Below, in pieces: positions 57,552 through 64,000 of a stretch of DNA of 64,000 bases (the first letter of the stretch is position 1; each line of letters opens with the position of its first letter). Below the pieces are notes generated by a model. It did not search any database and had not been told where the DNA came from. It saw nothing but the letters and a program-made list of their open reading frames with translations. The position numbers and the translations under genes are program-made. This DNA comes from an uncultured Bacteroidota bacterium (lineage in GTDB: Bacteria; Bacteroidota; Bacteroidia; Bacteroidales; UBA12481), in NCBI GenBank assembly GCA_903851365.1, contig CAINOB010000123.1, positions 12,573 to 76,572 of the forward strand, written 5' to 3'.

Positions 57552-58577
57552 ATGGCACTGAATAAATATGCCGCTATACGCTACCGGATTATAGATGAAT
57601 GTATCCGGAGCCGGTCAAAGCCCTATCCTACAAAAGAGGAATTAAGATCTGCCTGCGAAGAAGCACTTTATGGATCCAGCAACGGATCAGATATCTCCAT
57701 GTCAACGATCGAGAAAGATATCTGGGCACTTAAAAACGAATCGGTTTTTGGTTATGCTCCGATCGCTTTCGACCATACACATAAAGGTTATTATTATACT
57801 GATTCTGCATTCAGTCTCGATCTGCCACTCACCCCTGAGGATATCGATCTGATCAGGCTTGCCCTCCATACCCTGAATCATTTCAGGCAAAGCCAGGTTT
57901 TTCATGACCTGGAGACTGCTGTCAACAAAATTCAGGGTAGAATAATCCTGGCTGATCGCTTATCGGAATCGAACCTCGAAAAAGTGATCCAGTTCGAGGC
58001 TGTCCCGGAAAGCAAAGGACATGATCTCCTGCCACTCCTGCTCGACTCCATCAGGAATAATGAAGAAATTGAATTTGATTATGTTCCGTTTGTTGATAGC
58101 CGCCAGCGCCATTACACCTACCACCCCTACCTCCTGAAAGAAAATAAAAACCGGTGGTACCTGGTTGGGAACGATATGGAAAATAACAAGGTCAGAACCC
58201 TTGGTCTCGACAGGATGTCAAATATCCGCTCCACTGGAAACACATTCATGCCAGAAAAAAGCTTTAACCCCGACCTCTTTTTCCGTTATAGCTTTGGGAT
58301 TGGAACTTATTCAGGAATACCGGAGGAGATCATTCTTAAGCTTGATGAGGTCCAGTCTCAATATATAATTTCCAATCCCCTCCATCCTTCACAGGAAATC
58401 ACTCTCGTTAAACCGGGATCATATCAGGTTAAACTCTTTGTTATCCCCTCGGATGAATTAAAAATGCAGATTCTGAGTTATGGATCAAAAGTGGAAGTCA
58501 TTAAGCCTGAGTGGCTCCGCAAAGAAATACAGACAACACTGACAAAGGCGATCGAAGGTTATTCAGACAAGAACTAA
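57552..58577 (+). CDS. WYL-domain transcriptional regulator (host)
   Basis: NK.A.IRY.IID.C, TIEKDI, HPYLLKE..NRWYLVG, LDRM. Confidence 0.92.
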   Translation: MALNKYAAIRYRIIDECIRSRSKPYPTKEELRSACEEALYGSSNGSDISMSTIEKDIWALKNESVFGYAPIAFDHTHKGYYYTDSAFSLDLPLTPEDIDLIRLALHTLNHFRQSQVFHDLETAVNKIQGRIILADRLSESNLEKVIQFEAVPESKGHDLLPLLLDSIRNNEEIEFDYVPFVDSRQRHYTYHPYLLKENKNRWYLVGNDMENNKVRTLGLDRMSNIRSTGNTFMPEKSFNPDLFFRYSFGIGTYSGIPEEIILKLDEVQSQYIISNPLHPSQEITLVKPGSYQVKLFVIPSDELKMQILSYGSKVEVIKPEWLRKEIQTTLTKAIEGYSDKN

Positions 58578-58582
58578 TCAGC

Positions 58583-60898
58583 TTATTTCCTGATATTTAT
58601 TGTCACTAAACGGACACGCGTATCAGTAAGTCCGCCACTATCTTTCACCTGCATCTTAACAATATAAGTTCCGGCCTCACTATAGGTCCGTGTTGCTATT
58701 TTTGTTGTGCTGAATTCTGTTTCATACACATTATCATTATCCCAGTCCCAGCGAACCTGCAATTGATCAAGACCATCTTCTTTGTCAGTACACAGAGAAG
58801 CATCAAAAGTTATGACATCGTCGATCAGACCGGGTGATGGACTGACGGAAAAATCAGCGGCAGGTGGTGTATTTGGATTAGACACCTTGATTTCTTGTTC
58901 GAATGTTGATCCATAACCCTCTGTATCAATAACCTCCATCACCACCGTATAAACTCCGGCAGTAGTAAATGTATGTTGTATTTTCTTAACTGTCGAGTAA
59001 TCTGTGTCATAGATTCCATCTTTCTCCCAATCCCACCTTACCCGAAGGGTGGCTGCGGAATCTTCAGGGTCGGTGCATCCTGACGCATCAAAACTAAACT
59101 TGGTTTCAGTGGTTCCCAGAAGAGGATCAACGGTGAAAATGGCCGTTGGCTTGAGGTTCACATTGGAAACATCTATTATCCGGGTGGTGGAACCAGAAAG
59201 CCCTTGAGTGTCAAGGACCTCAAGCTTTGCAATATATCTGCCAGGTTCACGGAAAACATAAACGGCAATCTTGTTAGTCGACCAACCGGTTTCCCACACA
59301 TCATCGCCATTAAAATCCCAGCGAACCTTAAGCAAAGTAGTTGCATCCTGTGCATCGTAGGAACCTAAAGCATTAAAAATAAAATAATCACTGATGCGTC
59401 CGGATTCCGGTGTTACCGTAAAATTTGCCACAGGAGCTGATGAGGATAAACCTACTTCCAGCGTAATTGTCGTTCGTGAAGTAAGTCCACCTGCATCCAT
59501 CACTTCCAAAACCGGCTTATACGTTCCGGGGGTAAGGAACTTATAATAAGTTACTTTGGTAGTACTGAATTCCGTATCAAAATGGTTATCGGCATTGAAA
59601 TCCCACCTGACCTGTAAAGCAGCCGAAGGTGTTTCCAAATCTTTGGAAGCGGAAGCATCAAACTCGAAATTCGTGTCCGTAAATCCAGCCTGAGGATTGA
59701 TAACAAAAGAAGCTGTCGGTTTCTGATTTTCAAGCACCCCAGTCTGTGATTCCAGGTATAACATGGATTCGGCAGACAATAGATTTTCCGGAACCTCGCT
59801 ACCAAAAACACTTCCGGTTCGGGACATGATCCCCTTTTCAGAAATTTTTTGCTCAGTCTGCCAGCTTGGAACATTGACAACTGAACTAAAATCAGCCGTA
59901 AATCGGTTTCCTATTAATAAAGAGGGTTCACCACAAAAATAGGGAGTAACTATTTGATTTACATAGAACTCCCCAGTGTACGAAGCAGTTCTTGGTCCAC
60001 CGTAGGTCAAAATATTGGCTGATTTTCCAGCGCTTGTCCTCACGAATTTCCAGCTATCCCAGTAGTTGTAATTTAACGACACGTTGCCACTGGTTATCCC
60101 CGAGAGTTTCATGGTTAAAACAGTATCACTTAACGTAACTACATGAAATCCCAACCAGGTATCAACCTGAAAGGTTATCGGAAACCCATTGATAATAACC
60201 GGTCCGTAAACGGCATTTTCAATGCGTATGCTATCCGTGGCATTCGCTGCGGTCGTTGTTTTAATGTTTATGGAACCGGTGAGGTCAAGGGCATACCTCA
60301 TCGACAAGCCAAACCGGTCGAACCATGGATTAACACCTTGTCCTGCAAGCATGAAATGAGTTAAGGCAGATACTGCAGATAGCTTTCCGGAATCAAATTT
60401 AACCTGCAAAAGTTTGTTCTGCCAGGTATCGTTATAAAGATATAATCCACTAAGGTCGAGGGTATCGGATTTCCAACGTTCGGGATCTAATCTTGTTTTG
60501 GTTTTCAGCACGTTGCTGCCATTATTATCCTGCACCAGAATATTCTTGAACAACTCCCCGATACCAGCCTTTTCGAGCTGAAATATCATGCGAGAACCCG
60601 CAGTAACAGATGAAGTTACCTTACCATAGAGACCATTGCCCGCAGGATAATAAATCAGATCCCCGGTTTTTATCTGGGGCGGAGTGCCAATAAGATCAAA
60701 TCTCACCTGTCCATTTGTGCGGACCGGATTAGTGAACACCAGAGTATCCAAACGAACAACATTATCCTGAAAATCAGAAACATTGACTCCGGGCGTGATA
60801 GGTTCTTCATTGGCTGGTTCTCTTTTACATCCCGCAATTGTCAATAAAACAAGCTGGAAAGCAATCAAGAAAATGATATTTGAAGAATTTCTATTCAT
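58583..60898 (-). CDS. Lipoprotein with four PKD domains (host)
   Basis: IAGC lipobox; four repeats of P.A.F.V.P..G...F.FDAS...D......VRWD. Confidence 0.9.
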   Translation of the reverse strand: MNRNSSNIIFLIAFQLVLLTIAGCKREPANEEPITPGVNVSDFQDNVVRLDTLVFTNPVRTNGQVRFDLIGTPPQIKTGDLIYYPAGNGLYGKVTSSVTAGSRMIFQLEKAGIGELFKNILVQDNNGSNVLKTKTRLDPERWKSDTLDLSGLYLYNDTWQNKLLQVKFDSGKLSAVSALTHFMLAGQGVNPWFDRFGLSMRYALDLTGSINIKTTTAANATDSIRIENAVYGPVIINGFPITFQVDTWLGFHVVTLSDTVLTMKLSGITSGNVSLNYNYWDSWKFVRTSAGKSANILTYGGPRTASYTGEFYVNQIVTPYFCGEPSLLIGNRFTADFSSVVNVPSWQTEQKISEKGIMSRTGSVFGSEVPENLLSAESMLYLESQTGVLENQKPTASFVINPQAGFTDTNFEFDASASKDLETPSAALQVRWDFNADNHFDTEFSTTKVTYYKFLTPGTYKPVLEVMDAGGLTSRTTITLEVGLSSSAPVANFTVTPESGRISDYFIFNALGSYDAQDATTLLKVRWDFNGDDVWETGWSTNKIAVYVFREPGRYIAKLEVLDTQGLSGSTTRIIDVSNVNLKPTAIFTVDPLLGTTETKFSFDASGCTDPEDSAATLRVRWDWEKDGIYDTDYSTVKKIQHTFTTAGVYTVVMEVIDTEGYGSTFEQEIKVSNPNTPPAADFSVSPSPGLIDDVITFDASLCTDKEDGLDQLQVRWDWDNDNVYETEFSTTKIATRTYSEAGTYIVKMQVKDSGGLTDTRVRLVTINIRK

Positions 60899-60909
60899 TT
60901 CACTGGCAA

Positions 60910-61278
60910 CTATCTGATATGAATTGTCATAACTTTCTTGGTATTAACCTCTAAAGCAACATCAGTCGATACCTCATCCACACTATTATCTTTCCCATCA
61001 TATCTGACGTAAACAAAATACTTTATTTCCTTAAGATCAACGAAAAGCACCTTACCACTGGTATCAGTTTGACGCCAAACCTGGACTGGATTAATTCGTT
61101 TGTTCCATTCATCAGAGCTATCAAACAAAGCCACAGAAGCTCCAGAAACGATGGCGCCAGTCTCATCAACAACCTGAATTTCAAGCTGGGGTAATGTTTC
61201 AATTTTTATGCAACCGGTATTCAGCAAGCCTGCTATCAGTGCTATCGCGACAATAATATAGAGTTTCTTTCCGCTCAT
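60910..61278 (-). CDS. Lipoprotein, carboxypeptidase-regulatory-like domain (host)
   Basis: TGC lipobox; V.D..G..VSGASV.LF, TD..G.V.F.DL. Confidence 0.75.
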   Translation of the reverse strand: MSGKKLYIIVAIALIAGLLNTGCIKIETLPQLEIQVVDETGAIVSGASVALFDSSDEWNKRINPVQVWRQTDTSGKVLFVDLKEIKYFVYVRYDGKDNSVDEVSTDVALEVNTKKVMTIHIR

Positions 61279-62525
61279 TTCTCATCCTTCCCATTTATCC
61301 GGATACTGGCACCCAGATTGATAAAAAAGGCCTGATTGATCGTCTTGCCCGGCGCTCCCCACAATGGGTTATATTGACCCTCATACCTGGTACTGAGAAA
61401 ATCGGTTCGGGAATTATTGTTGAGACCTGATATTCCCTGTCGGATTCCAAGTCCTGCGAGAATGCCAATCTGATTATTTAGCTTGTAAGCTACCCCAATA
61501 TTACCTAGCAATCCCATATTAAATCTTTTCATCTGGCTTATCCACCCTGCATCGCTTATAACATTGGTCATAGTTAATCCAGTGTTGTGATTGACGGCCG
61601 AGGATCCCATCTCTTCAAAAATTCTAAATCCAAACGAAAGGCCCAGGTCCGCCCTGAGTTCGAAACGTTTTGAAAGATTGGATCGATAGGAAAAATATAA
61701 AGGCAGTTCAGCAAACCATAATTCGTTATTGATGAGAACATTAGTCAATGAGGGATCAAATCCGGCATAGGAATCAAACTTATCGAGCGAAACCGATCCT
61801 GAATATTGTGACAACTGGATCCCGGCGCCATAACCCCAATGAATTGATGAAAAATACGTATACGAAAGGCCTCCGTTGACAACCATACCACGGTTATTAA
61901 TCAGGCGGGCATCTGTATTCAGGGTCGTATTATTGAACCCGGTATTTGCAGGACTGACCACAGCAGATATTACGCCCTGCCCCGCAGGTGGCAGCTCCAT
62001 CCCGTAAATTGTAAAGTTCCCCGGAGCGTTATCGCTGTAATAAAACGCGATAATAAAAATAATCTTCTGCTTTGAGGAGAATACCTTACCTCCTGAAATC
62101 CCACTAATAAAACGATTAAGCCTTACCCGGAGGATATAACGGTTATTTCGGTCATATTTAGGCTGATCAATCGTAGGCCTGGATAAATCGAGGGTTAAAT
62201 TCAAGCCCTCAGGAAAAAGATCGGCCAATTTGACTATGAATTCCTCGATACTAATTTTAGTAATTTTAGCAGGACCTTCTAAATCATTAACAACCTGCAC
62301 TTTAGGATTAGGGAAAAGGTGCATAAAGGACCAGACCACAGAGGAATCAGCTTGACTATTAATCTGATTATGAAGAACTTGATATTTGGTTAGAAGTGCA
62401 GTAACTGAATCCTTCAATAAGGCTTTATTCCAAACGGGAATGTCCTGAGAAAGCGCAACCTCTGTCGATAACATGAACATAATCAGAACAATAAAGCCTG
62501 ATTTAAGAATGCTGTTCAGTCTCAT
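61275..62525 (-). CDS. Outer-membrane beta-barrel protein (host)
   Basis: Signal peptide ending ALS-Q; ELPL motif; alternating beta strands. Confidence 0.7.
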   Translation of the reverse strand: MRLNSILKSGFIVLIMFMLSTEVALSQDIPVWNKALLKDSVTALLTKYQVLHNQINSQADSSVVWSFMHLFPNPKVQVVNDLEGPAKITKISIEEFIVKLADLFPEGLNLTLDLSRPTIDQPKYDRNNRYILRVRLNRFISGISGGKVFSSKQKIIFIIAFYYSDNAPGNFTIYGMELPPAGQGVISAVVSPANTGFNNTTLNTDARLINNRGMVVNGGLSYTYFSSIHWGYGAGIQLSQYSGSVSLDKFDSYAGFDPSLTNVLINNELWFAELPLYFSYRSNLSKRFELRADLGLSFGFRIFEEMGSSAVNHNTGLTMTNVISDAGWISQMKRFNMGLLGNIGVAYKLNNQIGILAGLGIRQGISGLNNNSRTDFLSTRYEGQYNPLWGAPGKTINQAFFINLGASIRINGKDEK

Positions 62526-62580
62526 GAAGTTGAGGCACATTAAAGACACCGATAAAGGTTGGTATCGCAAAAATAGAAAT

Positions 62581-63999
62581 TTACCGGGAGAGAAGACTGT
62601 TTAATTGATATTCTTCCGTTTCAATCGTGCTGTTGTTCATTTCCAGCGAATGTTTGCGCGTAAAAATGCGCAATTCACCAGTCAATGGATTCACCAGGCA
62701 GGAGAATTGAAAAGCTTCCCTGAAAATTCTTTCATGATAATCAATGGCGGTATGCAGGTAGTTGATTACATCCACATTCGACTGTCCCCACCAACCGACA
62801 AGTGTCAGTCCGGGCAAATCCCGGGGAACCAGTTCATTGGCAAGTTCAATAAATCGACTGATAAAAACGTCGTATTCATCAGGTTTACCATCCGCGACAG
62901 TCTTCGTCACCACTTTTCCATAAAGGTAGCCTACCAGCTGATAGGTATCTTTTGGAATCGCCTGATTTGCTGCGATTGCCATGATTTCAGACACTACTGC
63001 CGGATCGAAATTAACAGAAGTGACGAGCGAATCACTCCATGTATTGTTTAGCGAAATCCGGGAGTAATTCTTGCTATCATTTTCATGCTCTTCGAGATCC
63101 TTTTTGCTGCTGTTAGCCGGGTTCAGTGCAAAGCGGTAAAGTTCATCCCATTTAATAAAGGCTGCCGGATCGGGCATTGGATCAAGATATCCGCTTCTTC
63201 TTCGCAGAAAACCAGCTCCCTGAAGAACATCGGAGCCAGGATTCAGAAGTATACCCAACTGCCACTTTTCTTTAAAAAACGACCGGTGTACCTTCATTAA
63301 TCCCTCTGGTATCTCCATGCTGTTATCTGCCGTGGAAGTGAACCAGCCTATCAATCTAAGTTTCTTATTCTGCAGCATGAGTTGGTCCATCTCTTCAATT
63401 AGATCCGTTCTGGCACCGATTTCATTAGGTATGGATGATCTCAGGTATTTTGAATCACAAACTTTTTCAATGAAAATTTCGCTGCCGGACGTTCCCTTTC
63501 CGTGGAGTTTATATTGGTTGCCAAACAGGTACCCACCAAAATCATCACCCCTCTTCTCAAGCAATGCAGCTTGAACAAAGTGGTAAACCGATTTTATGGA
63601 TGAAGCATTGAAATGCACCATTCCGACGGCTGCCTCAGGGATGGTTTCCTGATAATTCAAGGTAAAATACTCATCAGGAAGTTCACTTGAAAACAGGCCG
63701 ACAGCCGGTGATTTTCCAGGTTGCGTAATTGAGTTACCCTTTTCAGGAGTATTTAAACCGGCTTCAATGATTTTTCTATTTCTGACTGAGTTCCTTATAC
63801 CGGAAATAAGAACAATAATGAGTACCACTAAAAACCCAATCCAGATAAGTTTCGTAGAAAGGTACCAGGGAGTTTCCTGATCAGCCGGGACTGCAGCCAT
63901 ACCACGTTCTAACTGATCAATAGCCGATTGAACATCAATCTGTTTGGCAACAAATGAGGCGTGAGGATTTTCAATTTCGCTGATGGGCTTTAAGCCAAT
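62581..63999 (-). CDS. Membrane protein with two degenerate JAB/MPN-like domains (5' end outside window)
   Basis: Frame stays open to the window edge; TM helix; GGYLFG...IGWFTS and VGYLYG...VGWW, lacking HxH. Confidence 0.6.
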   Translation of the reverse strand: MGLKPISEIENPHASFVAKQIDVQSAIDQLERGMAAVPADQETPWYLSTKLIWIGFLVVLIIVLISGIRNSVRNRKIIEAGLNTPEKGNSITQPGKSPAVGLFSSELPDEYFTLNYQETIPEAAVGMVHFNASSIKSVYHFVQAALLEKRGDDFGGYLFGNQYKLHGKGTSGSEIFIEKVCDSKYLRSSIPNEIGARTDLIEEMDQLMLQNKKLRLIGWFTSTADNSMEIPEGLMKVHRSFFKEKWQLGILLNPGSDVLQGAGFLRRRSGYLDPMPDPAAFIKWDELYRFALNPANSSKKDLEEHENDSKNYSRISLNNTWSDSLVTSVNFDPAVVSEIMAIAANQAIPKDTYQLVGYLYGKVVTKTVADGKPDEYDVFISRFIELANELVPRDLPGLTLVGWWGQSNVDVINYLHTAIDYHERIFREAFQFSCLVNPLTGELRIFTRKHSLEMNNSTIETEEYQLNSLLSR

Positions 64000-64000
64000 A

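Noticed and set aside
57440-57600. Complete tRNA at the attachment site
   Set aside because: No cloverleaf or TTCGA loop could be folded on either strand.
1-64000. Reverse transcriptase, DGR template repeat or CRISPR array within the window
   Set aside because: No ORF with RT motifs, no AAY-rich copy of the 53168 VR and no repeat-spacer array seen by eye; a computed self-alignment should confirm.

Overview
Positions 1 to about 57.5 kb are the right-hand part of a temperate, podovirus-like prophage of a Bacteroidota host; its left end lies outside the window. From left to right the prophage carries: fibre/adhesin genes; adaptor, major capsid and scaffold; an oppositely oriented block (TerL, a poly-G-frameshifted DNA methyltransferase, a sugar-modification cluster and a GH73 endolysin); portal; a 3139-aa polyvalent ejection protein; tail nozzle; early/replication genes (C5-MTase, SSB, DnaC-like loader, initiator with iterons, tRNA-Met, ERF, antirepressor); a cro/cI switch; two membrane morons; and a tyrosine integrase. 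Host genes follow (WYL regulator, PKD lipoprotein, beta-barrel, JAB-like protein). Three signals stand out. (1) Five fibre-module proteins carry Sec signal peptides with Gln at +1, and the largest is dense in Bacteroidota O-glycosylation sequons; the capsid protein also has a hydrophobic leader. This suggests exported, glycosylated virion or surface components. (2) An adenine-depleted, DGR-type variable repeat sits in a small early gene about 53 kb from a probable primary DGR target at the left edge; no reverse transcriptase or template repeat was seen in the window. (3) The methyltransferase is split by a G11 tract and may be phase-variable. All protein calls come from motif recognition by eye, not database searches.
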